Positions 29,454 to 40,496 are shown, counted from the first letter of the stretch. The stretch is 64,000 bases of DNA from Bdellovibrionota bacterium (GCA_050950765.1 JBMNIF010000002.1:832001-896000), one strand, 5' to 3'. A program made the numbers and translations. Notes: generated by a model not told the origin, from the letters alone.

Positions 29454-30179
29454 ATGAGAGGACGAGGAAGAAACGACGGTCGTAATAATAGTGGCCGCCA
29501 GCATGGAGGAAGTAGAAGAGGCGCTCCACGTAATAGTCGTAACGGAGGCAGTAGTTATAGAGATCAAAACAGATCAAGGGGACATGGAAGACATGATCCG
29601 AGAGCAGCTGCAACGAGTGGTAATCAACGTGAACGTATCGCCATAGAAAGTGGAAGTCTTGTTTTAATCGATCAATTTATGTTGGCAAATCCGCAGTTTG
29701 TTGATCGATTATTGGAGATTATTGATGATGGTCCAGAGGTAAAGGATGAATTAATCCGTAAATATGGTGGTGCCGTAGTCGAGCTACCCGTTGGAACGTA
29801 CAAAATTAAGAGAGATCCTTATGCTTATACGATAGTGATTCATCGTGACAACGTTCCAAATTCTAAAGAAGAGTTGATGGAATTAGCAACAGAGTCGCAG
29901 GGGTGTACCTATATTGATACGCGTTGCTTAGCTATGATCGATCGGGAGTTGCTTGATGACAGTTTGCTTTTGGAAAAATATCAACAGCTCTGGTTCGGTG
30001 GTCATGAAAAAGCGTGTCGTGACTTGATTAGAGACAACGGCGGTGCTGTGCGTTACGGCTTTCGTAGATTCGGTGATGAATTAGGTGTCTATACAATTCC
30101 TGATGATGGTGTGGTGTGTTTATGGCCTGATTTAGCTGAAGGTGAAACGATTGAAGAGCAACAGGCTGAAGAGTATTAA
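29454..30179 (+). CDS. Hypothetical protein with Arg/Gly-rich disordered N-terminus
   Basis: AGGAG RBS; MRGRGRNDGRNNSGR.. followed by a globular domain. Confidence 0.75.
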   Translation: MRGRGRNDGRNNSGRQHGGSRRGAPRNSRNGGSSYRDQNRSRGHGRHDPRAAATSGNQRERIAIESGSLVLIDQFMLANPQFVDRLLEIIDDGPEVKDELIRKYGGAVVELPVGTYKIKRDPYAYTIVIHRDNVPNSKEELMELATESQGCTYIDTRCLAMIDRELLDDSLLLEKYQQLWFGGHEKACRDLIRDNGGAVRYGFRRFGDELGVYTIPDDGVVCLWPDLAEGETIEEQQAEEY

Positions 30180-30232
30180 CAGTCATAGTCTTAACCTACA
30201 AGATAATAAAGAATATCAATAAGGGATATAAG

Positions 30233-30264
30233 ATGAGGGGCTTTATAACGCCTCTCATTTTTTT
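30233..30264 (+). terminator. Intrinsic terminator
   Basis: ATGAGGGGC...GCCTCTCAT plus T run. Confidence 0.6.
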
Positions 30265-30319
30265 GGTAGAGTTTGGCTTGTTGTTTTTGTAACTAAAAGT
30301 GATACAGGAGAGAGATATT

Positions 30320-31057
30320 ATGCAAGGTAAAGTTGCGTTAGTTACAGGTGGTTCGCGCGGCATCGGTCGTGCTATCTGTTGTGAGTTTGCTAGAAGAGGT
30401 GCTCTTGTTTATGTCAATTATTCTTCGCGCTCTGATGCGGCAGAGGAGAGTGTAAAACTTTGCAAAGAGCTGGGTGGAGATGCACTGCTTTTGCCGTTTG
30501 ATGTAGCTAATTCTGAGGGTGTTGATGCCGCTATTAACGAGATTAAGGATCGTTCAGGAAAACTTGATATTCTCGTTAATAATGCAGGAATTACACGTGA
30601 TGGACTCCTTATTCGTATGAAAGACGATGATTGGCAGAGTGTAATTTCAACCAACCTTTCCGGTGCATTTTATTGTGCACGTGCTGCAGCACGCTTGATG
30701 ATGAAATCCCGTAGCGGTAGAATCGTCAATATGGCTTCTGTGGTTGGGCAAACTGGCAATGCAGGACAGGCGGCATATGTGGCAGCTAAGGCTGGTTTGA
30801 TCGGGCTTACGAAGTCTTTGGCGAAAGAATTAGCTTCCCGTGAGATAACAGTTAATGCAGTGGCTCCAGGCTTTATCAGTACCGATATGACGGAGAAGCT
30901 TCCTGAAGATCTTAAGGAAGCACATAAGAAAAATATTCCGTTGGGACGTTTCGGTACGCCGGAAGATATTGCAGCGGCAGTTGCATTTTTAGCTAGTGAT
31001 GCGGCTAATTATATTACGGGTCAGATCCTTGCTGTAAACGGCGGTATGTATATGTAA
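30320..31057 (+). CDS. fabG: 3-oxoacyl-ACP reductase
   Basis: [34 protein letters not shown]; upstream of acpP. Confidence 0.93.
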   Translation: MQGKVALVTGGSRGIGRAICCEFARRGALVYVNYSSRSDAAEESVKLCKELGGDALLLPFDVANSEGVDAAINEIKDRSGKLDILVNNAGITRDGLLIRMKDDDWQSVISTNLSGAFYCARAAARLMMKSRSGRIVNMASVVGQTGNAGQAAYVAAKAGLIGLTKSLAKELASREITVNAVAPGFISTDMTEKLPEDLKEAHKKNIPLGRFGTPEDIAAAVAFLASDAANYITGQILAVNGGMYM

Positions 31058-31509
31058 ATATCACTGTCTGTTTTTGGTTTTTTGTTTAATGTTTTTAGTT
31101 GGTTATCTTGTAAGGCGGTCGTACCTACAATGCTGTTTTGTTGTGCGAGTTGCCGCTTTTTGTGTTTAAGATATTTTAATCTTTGTCGCAGGGCTTGAAA
31201 AAATTTTTCAAACTGGGCAGGCTTAGATAAAATTAGTTGGCTTGAAAATTATTTTTTAAGCTGTCTTGTGTGTGTTAATTGAACTGAGTAGTCTTTACTT
31301 CTTTTTTATAAAAGATTGAAGTAGTGATCTTCTTAGGATAACGAAAGAATATATTGTAGCGCTGAGAGCTTTACTTATCCGTAGAATGTACTCTCTGATA
31401 AAAGTAACGTTCTCTTGACATGTGCGGTGTGTATTCTATAAATGAGAGATTGTGTTGCAGGTAGTTTTTTTGACTACTTGGTTTACGTCATTTTTTGGGA
31501 GACGAAATA

Positions 31510-31752
31510 ATGTCATCGAGTGATGAGATCGCTGAGCGAATTAAAAGTATCATTGTTGAACAATTGAGTGTATCTGCAGAGGAGGTAACTCCTGAGGCTT
31601 CTTTCATAGAGGATTTGGGTGCAGATTCTTTGGATATCGTCGAATTGATTATGGCTCTTGAAGAGGAATATGACATTGAAATTCCGGATGCAGATGCAGA
31701 GAAGATTCAGACGGTTCAAGATGTAATCACATATATTCAGGGTCGCAAGTAA
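31510..31752 (+). CDS. acpP: Acyl carrier protein
   Basis: [19 protein letters not shown]. Confidence 0.95.
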   Translation: MSSSDEIAERIKSIIVEQLSVSAEEVTPEASFIEDLGADSLDIVELIMALEEEYDIEIPDADAEKIQTVQDVITYIQGRK

Positions 31753-31866
31753 GCAACTTTAACGGCTGTTTACAGAGGTGTGAGCTTTGCTTGTTTTAGA
31801 AGGCTCATGCACTGCGGCTATATATCGTCTGTCAGGTCTTTGCAGGTTTGGCAGACTCATCAAGCA

Positions 31867-32361
31867 ATGCGTTGCCCTAAGTGTAATTCAGAAAATTCTT
31901 CAGTCGTTGACTCTCGTACGGACGGGGTTGTAACTCGGCGACGACGCGAGTGCCAAGGGTGCCACTTCAGATTTTCTACGTTGGAGCGGATTGAGTATTC
32001 GTTGCCGCTTATTATTAAAAAAGATGGACGTAGAGAGCCTTTTGATCGGGATAAGTTGCGAGCAGGGTTGTTACGAGCTTGTGAGAAACGACCTGTAAGT
32101 ATTGAGACTATTGAGCAGCAGATCGAGTTGCTTGAAAGAAAATTGCAGGCGATGTTCTTGAAAGAGATTGAGAGTCGGCAATTAGGCGATCTTGTGATGG
32201 AGATTTTAAAAACGATAGATAAGATCGCTTACGTGCGTTTTGCCTCTGTGTATAGAGAGTTCTCTGACGTTAGTCAATTTGTTGATACCTTAAAGAGCCT
32301 AGATAAACGTAGAAAATCGAGGCAGCGCAGACAAGCGCATGAGAGAAACAAAGAGGATTGA
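31867..32361 (+). CDS. nrdR: Transcriptional repressor NrdR
   Basis: MRCPKC..VVDSR..RRRREC..C, ATP cone, AYVRFASVY. Confidence 0.95.
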   Translation: MRCPKCNSENSSVVDSRTDGVVTRRRRECQGCHFRFSTLERIEYSLPLIIKKDGRREPFDRDKLRAGLLRACEKRPVSIETIEQQIELLERKLQAMFLKEIESRQLGDLVMEILKTIDKIAYVRFASVYREFSDVSQFVDTLKSLDKRRKSRQRRQAHERNKED

Positions 32362-32368
32362 TAAAGAC

Positions 32369-33019
32369 ATGTTTTCCGGAATCGTGGAAGAGAGGGCGCA
32401 GCTGTTAGCTATTAAGCGTGGCGAATCTGGACAGGTCGTTATAAAGAGTGCGCTCGATCATTCTGAAACGAAGATAGGTGATTCAATAGCGATCAACGGA
32501 GTTTGTCTGACCCTCGTAAAAAAAGAGGCTGATCGCTTCTATTTTGATATATCGGAAGAAACTATTAGGCGTAGTACCTTTGCGAAATTGAAGAGCCCTG
32601 CTTTTGTTAATTTAGAAAGGGCGTTGCAATTAGGGGAACGCTTACACGGACACCTTGTTTATGGTCATGTGGATGATGTTTCAAGGCTTATTAGTAGACG
32701 TAGTTGTGGTGAAAGTGTTCGCTTAGAATGGTCTATCCCAGATCAATTAAATTGTTATCTTGTAGAAAAGGGATCTGTCGCTTTAGACGGAGTATCTTTA
32801 ACGGTAGCTGAGGTGGGGGATCATTCATTTTCGGTTTATATTATCCCGCATACACTGAACTGCACTACATTGGCAGATGTGCAGGTGGGTTCTGAAGCTA
32901 ATTTAGAAGTTGATATGTTAGCGCGTTATGTTAAAGCGAACATGCTGGGATCGAATCTAGATCGTTCAGTTGGGATAACGGAAGATTTTTTAAAAGAGCA
33001 TGGATATCTCAATGATTGA
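32369..33019 (+). CDS. ribE: Riboflavin synthase (alpha chain)
   Basis: MFSGIVEE, GDSIAINGVCLT, VNLERAL, GHLVYGHVD, NLEVD. Confidence 0.93.
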   Translation: MFSGIVEERAQLLAIKRGESGQVVIKSALDHSETKIGDSIAINGVCLTLVKKEADRFYFDISEETIRRSTFAKLKSPAFVNLERALQLGERLHGHLVYGHVDDVSRLISRRSCGESVRLEWSIPDQLNCYLVEKGSVALDGVSLTVAEVGDHSFSVYIIPHTLNCTTLADVQVGSEANLEVDMLARYVKANMLGSNLDRSVGITEDFLKEHGYLND

Positions 33020-34238
33020 TCATAAGGACGAAACAGAATTACAACCTCTTTTGTCACCGATTGCAGAGGTGATAGCCGATATCGCAGCGGGTAAGATGAT
33101 AGTCCTCTTGGATGATGTTACGCGCGAAAATGAAGGCGATCTGACTGTGGCTACTGAGCTGGTTACGGCGGAGCATATCGCTTTTATGATGAAACACGGC
33201 AAAGGGCAGATCTGTATCAGCATCCCTTCTGATGTAGCAGAGAAGCTTAATTTACCGTTACAAGTTTTAAATAATGCTTCACAATTTCAGACTCCGTTTG
33301 CGATTAGTGTTGATCACCGTAGTGTGGCGCATAACGGTGTGACAGCGCAAGCGCGTGCGATAACGATGCGAAAATTGATTGATGTAGATAGCACCATTGA
33401 AGATTTTGTTAGTCCAGGTCATGTCTTTCCGTTAATTGTTAATCCAGCGGGGGTCTTGGGACGACATGGACAAACGGAGGGGTCTCACGATCTGGCGGCG
33501 ATAGCTAACTGTTTTCCGTCAGGAGTTATCTGCGAGATATTAAATGAAGATGGCACGGTTGCTAAAGGCGATCAACTAACAAACTATGCAAAAAAACATA
33601 ATCTAAAAGTCACCAGCGTAATCGAGATTGCGAAGTATCGCATGGAACACGAGGTGTTTTTGCGAAACGTTGCTGAGAAAAAAACAGAAACAGATTATGG
33701 TTTGTTTGATGTTTATATCTTTGAGGATGATGTAGATCATAAAGAGCATATAGCGCTTATTTACGGAGATCCAAAAAAGGTGGATGCACCACTTGTGAGA
33801 GTGCATTCTGAATGTTTAACGGGGGATGTTTTTGGAAGTCAACGGTGTGATTGTAGAGCGCAACTTGATCTAGCGATGCAAAAGATAGTTGCAGAAGGCG
33901 CTGGGATTGTCCTTTATATGCGGCAAGAGGGGCGAGGGATCGGGCTTGCTAATAAATTACGTGCTTATCAGTTGCAAGATCAGGGAGCTGATACGGTGGA
34001 TGCGAATATTAAATTAGGCTTTGCTCCAGATCTTAGAAACTTTGCAGCGGCAGCTAAAATGTTACAGTTCTTTGGAATCTCTAAAATCAGATTGATGACA
34101 AATAATCCTGATAAAATTAAAGACCTCTCCACGTTCGGGGTTAATGTAACAGAGCGCGTACCATCGATCGTACCATCCACAACCTATTCAAAACGGTACA
34201 TCGAAACAAAAAAAGAGAAGATGGGGCATATGTTTTAA
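33012..34238 (+). CDS. ribBA: Bifunctional DHBP synthase / GTP cyclohydrolase II
   Basis: RENEGDL, PGHVFPL, VRVHSECLTGDVFGSQRCDC, QEGRGIGL, TNNPDK. Confidence 0.95.
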   Translation: MIDHKDETELQPLLSPIAEVIADIAAGKMIVLLDDVTRENEGDLTVATELVTAEHIAFMMKHGKGQICISIPSDVAEKLNLPLQVLNNASQFQTPFAISVDHRSVAHNGVTAQARAITMRKLIDVDSTIEDFVSPGHVFPLIVNPAGVLGRHGQTEGSHDLAAIANCFPSGVICEILNEDGTVAKGDQLTNYAKKHNLKVTSVIEIAKYRMEHEVFLRNVAEKKTETDYGLFDVYIFEDDVDHKEHIALIYGDPKKVDAPLVRVHSECLTGDVFGSQRCDCRAQLDLAMQKIVAEGAGIVLYMRQEGRGIGLANKLRAYQLQDQGADTVDANIKLGFAPDLRNFAAAAKMLQFFGISKIRLMTNNPDKIKDLSTFGVNVTERVPSIVPSTTYSKRYIETKKEKMGHMF

Positions 34239-34324
34239 GCGAACTGTTTAGGTCAGGGCTTTAGCGCCACCCGCCAGAGCCATCTCCTCCTTCTTCTTAA
34301 CAGATACATTAAAGCCCAAACCTG

Positions 34325-34873
34325 TCAAGGACGTGGTGTGTTGATCGCGTATACTTCATTAAGAACTTCTTCGCTTTTATTTATATTTTTAATATATGCA
34401 AATATAGAAGTTAAAAAAGTTATTACGTCCATTGCAAACAGTGGGTAAGCCTTAATGTAAAAATCAAAGATAGCCCATTGAGAAAATCCAAGTATGATTG
34501 CGATCCTTATATTTTGAGCAGACTTTACTAAATATGCCAAAATAACGAATGACACTGAAGCGGTAATCGGAAGAATCCCAAGATAGGAGTTTTCGTTAAA
34601 AAGAATTCCTAAGAAAATTATTACGACACATATAGCGGAAGTATTATACTTATTTAACTTTCCTTTTAAGTCTAAAATATGTCTTATTATAAGTACGGCT
34701 GCAGAGGTAAATCCTGAATATCCGCCTAAAACAAGGTAAGCAAGCGCATATAAACTGTCACTAAGTAGCATAATGGCTACCATATTTTTTTTGTTTTTCC
34801 CAAATATCGCAACTATTGAGAAAAATACGGCAAGGGCTGATAAAATTTGTCCTAATATAAATGAGTAATTCAT
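34325..34873 (-). CDS. YgjV-like inner membrane protein
   Basis: Hydrophobic throughout, GQIL start, LGGYSG; AT-rich. Confidence 0.6.
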   Translation of the reverse strand: MNYSFILGQILSALAVFFSIVAIFGKNKKNMVAIMLLSDSLYALAYLVLGGYSGFTSAAVLIIRHILDLKGKLNKYNTSAICVVIIFLGILFNENSYLGILPITASVSFVILAYLVKSAQNIRIAIILGFSQWAIFDFYIKAYPLFAMDVITFLTSIFAYIKNINKSEEVLNEVYAINTPRP

Positions 34874-34988
34874 AAGTTGAATAGCTATCTTTAATAAGAG
34901 GATGTAATAAATTTTATATACAGCTAGAAATGGTGAGTTAAAAGCTGCGCAAATAATAGGCAGCTTCTAACTCAACTACAAAGATCAC

Positions 34989-36713
34989 TTACCTCCGTCT
35001 CTTAGGGAGCTTGTTAAGGTAATTGCCGATCCTTTTGCGCAATCTAAAATAAGCTTTGTAGTTCTTGCTCCAATCGCTCGGTTTTCTGACGAGGGCATTA
35101 AAACGTTTCTGCCACCAAGCAGGTTTATTTTGTAAGTTATTCATCCAGTGAATATATTCTGCATCAAAGCTACTTTCACGCCAAAGCTTAAGACGAATAC
35201 TGGGGATAGGTTGATGCGTTATAAGCCCATGCTCTCCAGCGCGTCCTGGATAAAATAGGGTGCCGTCACCGTTACCTGTAAAATAATAGACACTATCCCA
35301 AGGATCTACATTGCCATCTTCACGTGGGAAACCCGAATAGGCAAAAACTAAGTTGTAGTAAAAAATAGCGCCAACATTATATTTTGAAGTTATCCACGCT
35401 AAGGAACGGATGTAAGCGCTGTTACGTTCAATCGTCATATCAGGCATACTATCGATGACGAATTGATCATCATACTCTGAGCAGCCGTGATTCATACAAC
35501 TTAAGTACCACCAAACTTCGGCACCTTCGTTTTGTAAATCCGAACAATCTTCCAGTCTGCCACCTATTGATGGATATCCGTTTTCTATATAGTCGGGAGC
35601 TGTAACGAAGATATCGATATCATCTTTTAAATACTTCGTGCAGGGAGCCGTTATCATGGTTTTTACATCGGGAGACCAAGCACGGATCTTTGAAGTGTAT
35701 TGTTTTACCAGTGCGATATCCTTTCTCGCTTGTTCCTCTCCTAACCAAGCGTGAATCGGTTCATCCCATAAAAATACCATCCCCCCTTTCGGATGCGCCA
35801 CCTCTCCCAAAGTGTTCTGCAACGCCTGAAAATAGTTTGCAAAAAGTGGTAGTTCATTCATATTGGTAAAATCGAAAGAGTATTGCGGAACGGGAAGGTC
35901 GTAATAGATTCCCGCAGGAAGGTCTGCAATAACGGTTGTATACAACGATTTATATGGTGTGGGTCTATTAAAGATATCTATAATCTGATAGTTGCCCTTT
36001 TTTGATCTGACAGGGTCTGATAAGAGATAGTGATCTGCTGGTCTCAACGGATAAACATTGTGACGAGCCATCTCATTAAGATATTCTTTAAAAAGTGGCA
36101 CGTTCCACTCCCTAGGTTCATAGCACCATCTACCGTAGTGTCCGGCGCAGATAGAAGCAGGCTTTATCTCACCATACATAGGGAAGGTAGGAGTTTCAGG
36201 CATCTGCATCTTCCAGACTGTTAAATTGATAGGAAGTGAGGTTCTTCCAAAAAGTAATCGTCCTTTATAATTACCCCTCGGAGCTCTTGCAGGGATCTCC
36301 ACCTCGCCCCAGACCCAGAGAGCGGAACCTCTTTTTGCAGCGATCCTTTTTGTTGATGGTATGGGAAGGAGCGGATCGTAGTACGATCCCGCTACTGCAT
36401 TACCAAAAGAGAGGGTATCAGCACTTATCTTTAAAGTTTTTGCTTCGTAAAAACGGACAGGAAATTTAAAAGCTTTCTTTCTAGTGTTGTGCACAAAAGA
36501 AGTAGTTGAAAGGCGCTCTTTTTTTCTACCTGAGACCTTAACTAGAAAGTTTACTGTTTCTCCGCGAGAACCTTGCAGATCAAGTACATTATAAAGTCGA
36601 GGTCCTCTTACGTTGGGAAGTGGCTTTTCCGCCATAGGAGTAACTTTGATTTGAGCAGATGCTGAAGTGACAAGAGAAAAAACCGTTAAAAATGATATTA
36701 AAAAAAGCCGCAT
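34989..36713 (-). CDS. Secreted DUF4091 / GH123-like glycoside hydrolase-domain protein
   Basis: Signal peptide; RGETVNF, LWDEP, WWYLSCM, GNGDGTLFYPG, PSIRLKLWRE. Confidence 0.72.
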   Translation of the reverse strand: MRLFLISFLTVFSLVTSASAQIKVTPMAEKPLPNVRGPRLYNVLDLQGSRGETVNFLVKVSGRKKERLSTTSFVHNTRKKAFKFPVRFYEAKTLKISADTLSFGNAVAGSYYDPLLPIPSTKRIAAKRGSALWVWGEVEIPARAPRGNYKGRLLFGRTSLPINLTVWKMQMPETPTFPMYGEIKPASICAGHYGRWCYEPREWNVPLFKEYLNEMARHNVYPLRPADHYLLSDPVRSKKGNYQIIDIFNRPTPYKSLYTTVIADLPAGIYYDLPVPQYSFDFTNMNELPLFANYFQALQNTLGEVAHPKGGMVFLWDEPIHAWLGEEQARKDIALVKQYTSKIRAWSPDVKTMITAPCTKYLKDDIDIFVTAPDYIENGYPSIGGRLEDCSDLQNEGAEVWWYLSCMNHGCSEYDDQFVIDSMPDMTIERNSAYIRSLAWITSKYNVGAIFYYNLVFAYSGFPREDGNVDPWDSVYYFTGNGDGTLFYPGRAGEHGLITHQPIPSIRLKLWRESSFDAEYIHWMNNLQNKPAWWQKRFNALVRKPSDWSKNYKAYFRLRKRIGNYLNKLPKRRR

Positions 36714-37107
36714 AAATATCCCCCCTCATAAAGTTGTGAATGATGCTCTACGAACTTAAATAAGACACAAAACTAGCATTTTAATATTTAAAGACAAAAT
36801 GCCCATCTCTACATACGGCATAATATCCTAAAAAGATTAGAAGGTGCCTCTGAAATAATTATTTTCTTTCATTAACCCTTCAATAAAAGGGGATCTTTTA
36901 AAGAAAAAATAAAGTTTTTCATCTGACGGTATGGTGCTTAGATCTCTCTTAAACAACGTCCCCCCTCTGATGAACGGAACTTTAGGTATGTAATAAATGC
37001 ATAGAAAAGGAACCTGTAATTACCAATATCTCGTAGAGTTATAAGAGATATCGTCTTTATCTCTAAGTAATATGTTGTAAAACAGAGATCTTACTACAAG
37101 ACAGCGT

Positions 37108-37125
37108 TTGGCGGAAAAATTGCAT
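37108..37125 (+). promoter_or_regulatory. sigma54 (-24/-12) promoter
   Basis: TTGGCGGAAAAATTGCAT: GG(37110-11)-N10-GC(37122-23), upstream of GGAGG RBS and ATG 37162. Confidence 0.6.
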
Positions 37126-37161
37126 AAGACCCTTATGGAGTGGGGTATCGGAGGGTTTTAT

Positions 37162-39588
37162 ATGGTGTTTTCTCAGGTTTTCCGGATCTCTTTTATCACT
37201 ATCACTATCGCCTTTTCTCTGCTTTTTGCTTCTAGTGCCGAAGCAGATAGTAAGAGATCAGTGAAAAAAGTTAGGAACGTGGCTGTACGTTCTTTCGCTC
37301 TGATTAATGCTAAGAACGGTAAGACACTTAAGGGTTATGGTAATATTACTAAAAGAGTAACCATACCGTTATCTGTATTAGCAGGAAAAAATCTTGATAT
37401 TAAGGTTAAAACATATCCTGAAAAAGTTGGGAGCGTCAGTTTTTCTTACGATAAGCAGTGCTTTAGAAAGATTAGAAATAAACAACCGTATCGTTTAATG
37501 CAGAGCGATAACGGTAAATATCAGAAATGGAAACCAGTTGTAAAAAATTATAAAATAAAGGCAGTGCCCTACTCTAAAAGAAAGGGGAGAGGTCGGAAGG
37601 GGCGTGCTAAAAATATTAATATTCGTGTAGTGGACGCTGCTTCTCGTAGTGATAATGTTGATCCAAGACCAAGCCCGACGGCGCTACCGACCGTAACACC
37701 ACAAGATGAGCTTCCTTTTGTAGAAAACAACAATGATTTTAATATCTGGGTTAATGAAGGTGGAGATAAGGTTGTAGCAGAAGATCTGCGCTACACAAGA
37801 AACGGATTGGGACGTGTTGTTAATTCAGTTTGGAACGGTCATCAGGTTAATCTTTTTGCAGCGAAAAATGAAACTGTCTCGTTTAACGTTATTGTGGAAG
37901 CTGCTAAACGCTCCTTAAAAGATGTAAGTGTAAAGTTAGATATATTATCTCATCAAAACGGAGCAGAGATTACAGGTAGAGATGATGCGCAGTGTGATGA
38001 TGTTTTTGATTATCGAGGGCGCAATATAGAGGTTTTTGTTGTTAGATATTTAAAGATAAAAGGGCTAAGCCAACTCGGATATCAGAACTATGACGAGCGC
38101 CACATCCCACAGAGATTGCGCCGTCCACACAATGCTGAACGTGGGTACGGAACGTGGAGGGATCGTCCTGATCACGATGCCTCATATCCTGATATCGCAG
38201 TCCCTCAAGAGCTTGAAAGTGAAGTAAGAATTGAGCGAGAGAGTAATCAGAGTTTCTGGGTTGATATCTTTGTTCCTAAAGAAAGTCCGGTAGGGGTATA
38301 TGTAGGTACTATTAAGGTCTTCGAAGGAGACCTCTTAATACATCAAATCCCAGTCTCGCTAGATGTAAAAAACTTTACATTACCTGATACGCCATCAGCT
38401 AAGACCATGCTTTACTTAGGTTACTCTGATATTAGTAAACGGTATATCGGTCAGAGGTGGCCATATGCTCAGGAAAAGGTGAAGAAGCTTTCTCAAATTC
38501 GGGATCGTCATTTTCAGATGGCGCATCGGCATCGGATCTCATTGATTGATAGTAATGAGGGAGGAAGCGTTGATGCCCCTGCTGCCGATTGGTTGCCACG
38601 TCTTAACGGTGAACTTTTTACTGCACAGAACGGTTATGCTGGAACGGGTGAAGGCGTTGGAAACGGAATCTTTTCAATCGGTACTTATGGAGCTTGGAAT
38701 TGGGGAGATGCTTATTCAATGCAGCAACACGCTAATGCGTGGGTTCAGTGGTTTAATTTAAACGCTCCTACCACAGATTACTTCTTATATTTAATAGATG
38801 AAGTTGCTGATTATCCAAAAATAACAGCTTGGGCAGAGACTTTAAATAATAATACCGGTATAGGGAGAGCTTTGAAATCTTTTGCAACAGTTGCCGCCAA
38901 TCAAGCCGTAACGGCTGCGCCTGCTCTAGATATAGCTTGTAGTAATATCGGGATCGGAATCCCAGAAAGTTGGGAGGTGGCAGCCGATTATTATCGAAAT
39001 ACGGTAGGGAAACAGTTTTGCTTTTATAACGGACACCGTCCTCAAAGTGGTTCATTTATGACAGAAGATGATGGTGTTGCGCTGAGACAGTTGGCGTGGG
39101 CACAATTTAAGATGGGCATTGATAGGTGGTTTTATTGGGAATCTACGTATTACAACAACTTTCAAGGAGGTACTGGAGAAACTAATGTTTTTCAACAAGC
39201 ACAAACATTTGGTGGACGTGCTAAGGCTGATCCTATCTTAGGAGAGAACGGCTGGAATTACAGTAACGGTGATGGCGTTCTGTTTTATCCTGGAAGTGAT
39301 ACGGTTTATCCAGAAGAGTCTTATGGAGTATCGGGTCCTTTAGCGAGCTTACGCCTGAAACATTGGAGACGTGGTATCCAAGACGTTGATTACCTAACAT
39401 TGGCAGCAGCAAAAGATCCGCGTGGTGTTAAACGGATCGTGCAGAGAATAATTCCTAAAGTTCTATGGGAGTACGGAGTTAATGATCCTTCAGATCCCAC
39501 TTGGGTATTAAGTGATATCAGTTGGTCTACAGATCCTGATGTCTGGGAAGGTGCTAGACGAGAGTTAGCAGCAATTATCGAAAGATAG
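37162..39588 (+). CDS. Secreted DUF4091 / GH123-like glycoside hydrolase-domain protein
   Basis: Signal peptide (..SAEA), basic N-domain, Pro/Thr linker, AAKNETVSF, YLIDE, WFYWE, NGDGVLFYPG, ASLRLKHWRRGIQDVDYL. Confidence 0.78.
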   Translation: MVFSQVFRISFITITIAFSLLFASSAEADSKRSVKKVRNVAVRSFALINAKNGKTLKGYGNITKRVTIPLSVLAGKNLDIKVKTYPEKVGSVSFSYDKQCFRKIRNKQPYRLMQSDNGKYQKWKPVVKNYKIKAVPYSKRKGRGRKGRAKNINIRVVDAASRSDNVDPRPSPTALPTVTPQDELPFVENNNDFNIWVNEGGDKVVAEDLRYTRNGLGRVVNSVWNGHQVNLFAAKNETVSFNVIVEAAKRSLKDVSVKLDILSHQNGAEITGRDDAQCDDVFDYRGRNIEVFVVRYLKIKGLSQLGYQNYDERHIPQRLRRPHNAERGYGTWRDRPDHDASYPDIAVPQELESEVRIERESNQSFWVDIFVPKESPVGVYVGTIKVFEGDLLIHQIPVSLDVKNFTLPDTPSAKTMLYLGYSDISKRYIGQRWPYAQEKVKKLSQIRDRHFQMAHRHRISLIDSNEGGSVDAPAADWLPRLNGELFTAQNGYAGTGEGVGNGIFSIGTYGAWNWGDAYSMQQHANAWVQWFNLNAPTTDYFLYLIDEVADYPKITAWAETLNNNTGIGRALKSFATVAANQAVTAAPALDIACSNIGIGIPESWEVAADYYRNTVGKQFCFYNGHRPQSGSFMTEDDGVALRQLAWAQFKMGIDRWFYWESTYYNNFQGGTGETNVFQQAQTFGGRAKADPILGENGWNYSNGDGVLFYPGSDTVYPEESYGVSGPLASLRLKHWRRGIQDVDYLTLAAAKDPRGVKRIVQRIIPKVLWEYGVNDPSDPTWVLSDISWSTDPDVWEGARRELAAIIER

Positions 39589-39605
39589 ATCTACTTTTAA
39601 TAATA

Positions 39606-39646
39606 TTTAAAGCCGACGCTATTAAAATTATAGTGTCGGCTTTAAA
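39606..39646. terminator. Bidirectional terminator hairpin
   Basis: TTTAAAGCCGACGCTAT / ATAGTGTCGGCTTTAAA between convergent genes. Confidence 0.75.
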
Positions 39647-39648
39647 AA

Positions 39649-40401
39649 CTAACGCTCCAGTTGTGCTATTTTTGCCTTCAATTCTGGTCTTTTATCACCG
39701 AGGTCGAGAGCTCGATGATAAGCTATTAAAGCATTTTTGAGATCTTTTGAAAGTTCATAAGCTGTCCCTAAAGTAACATAGGCATCAGCTGAAACCTCCA
39801 TCTGTAAAGCTTTCTTAGCGGCGGCGATAGATTCTTCATTTTTACCGTTAGCTAGTAAAACGGCGCTAAGATTTCTGTAAAGGATGGCACTTTTAGGATC
39901 TTCCTTTATGGCGGATAAGAGCGCTACCTCTGCTTCTTTGGGACGATTCTGCATGATAAAGATCGGTGCCATTTTAGCATGAACGCTCGGATAGTTCGGA
40001 TCAAGCTCAAGTGCTTTTTGATATTCTTTGAGAGCATCTGAAGGTTTTTCTAAAGAGAAATTAACATCACCTAAACGAGCGTGCAGAGCCGCATCGTTTG
40101 GACTCCTTTTGATGTAATCTTCCAAGAGCTTTTTTGCCTCCGCTTCTTTTTTATTCATGGCATAGACGCCAGCTAAATTAAAAACTGCAGTTAAGTTGTA
40201 TGAGTCAGCAGCGATGGCCTGTTTAAAGAGCTGCTCCGCTCTATCGAGTTGTCTGTTACGTGCAGCAGTAGCACCCTGCTCATTAAGTCTAAGAGAGCGT
40301 GATGATACCTTTGTTTTAGTTGTGTTTTGTGCCATCAATTGAGGTGGACAAAAAATCAATACACTGAAGAGTGGGAGTAGGAAGAAACTTTTTTTGTGCA
40401 T
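39649..40401 (-). CDS. Exported TPR protein
   Basis: Signal peptide; TPR motifs (ALKEYQKALELDPNY, AYVTLGTAY). Confidence 0.85.
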   Translation of the reverse strand: MHKKSFFLLPLFSVLIFCPPQLMAQNTTKTKVSSRSLRLNEQGATAARNRQLDRAEQLFKQAIAADSYNLTAVFNLAGVYAMNKKEAEAKKLLEDYIKRSPNDAALHARLGDVNFSLEKPSDALKEYQKALELDPNYPSVHAKMAPIFIMQNRPKEAEVALLSAIKEDPKSAILYRNLSAVLLANGKNEESIAAAKKALQMEVSADAYVTLGTAYELSKDLKNALIAYHRALDLGDKRPELKAKIAQLER

Positions 40402-40496
40402 GGTTGTTGCCTTTTAAAATAAACGCCTTCTTTTTTTTACAACTCAGGTATCCGTATCTTGTAAATATTTTAAGGTATAGTTTCCGAATGGAGTTT

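Noticed and set aside
37108..37161. ORF-track TTG start for the DUF4091 gene
   Set aside because: It coincides with the sigma54 motif; ATG 37162 has a GGAGG RBS and a signal peptide
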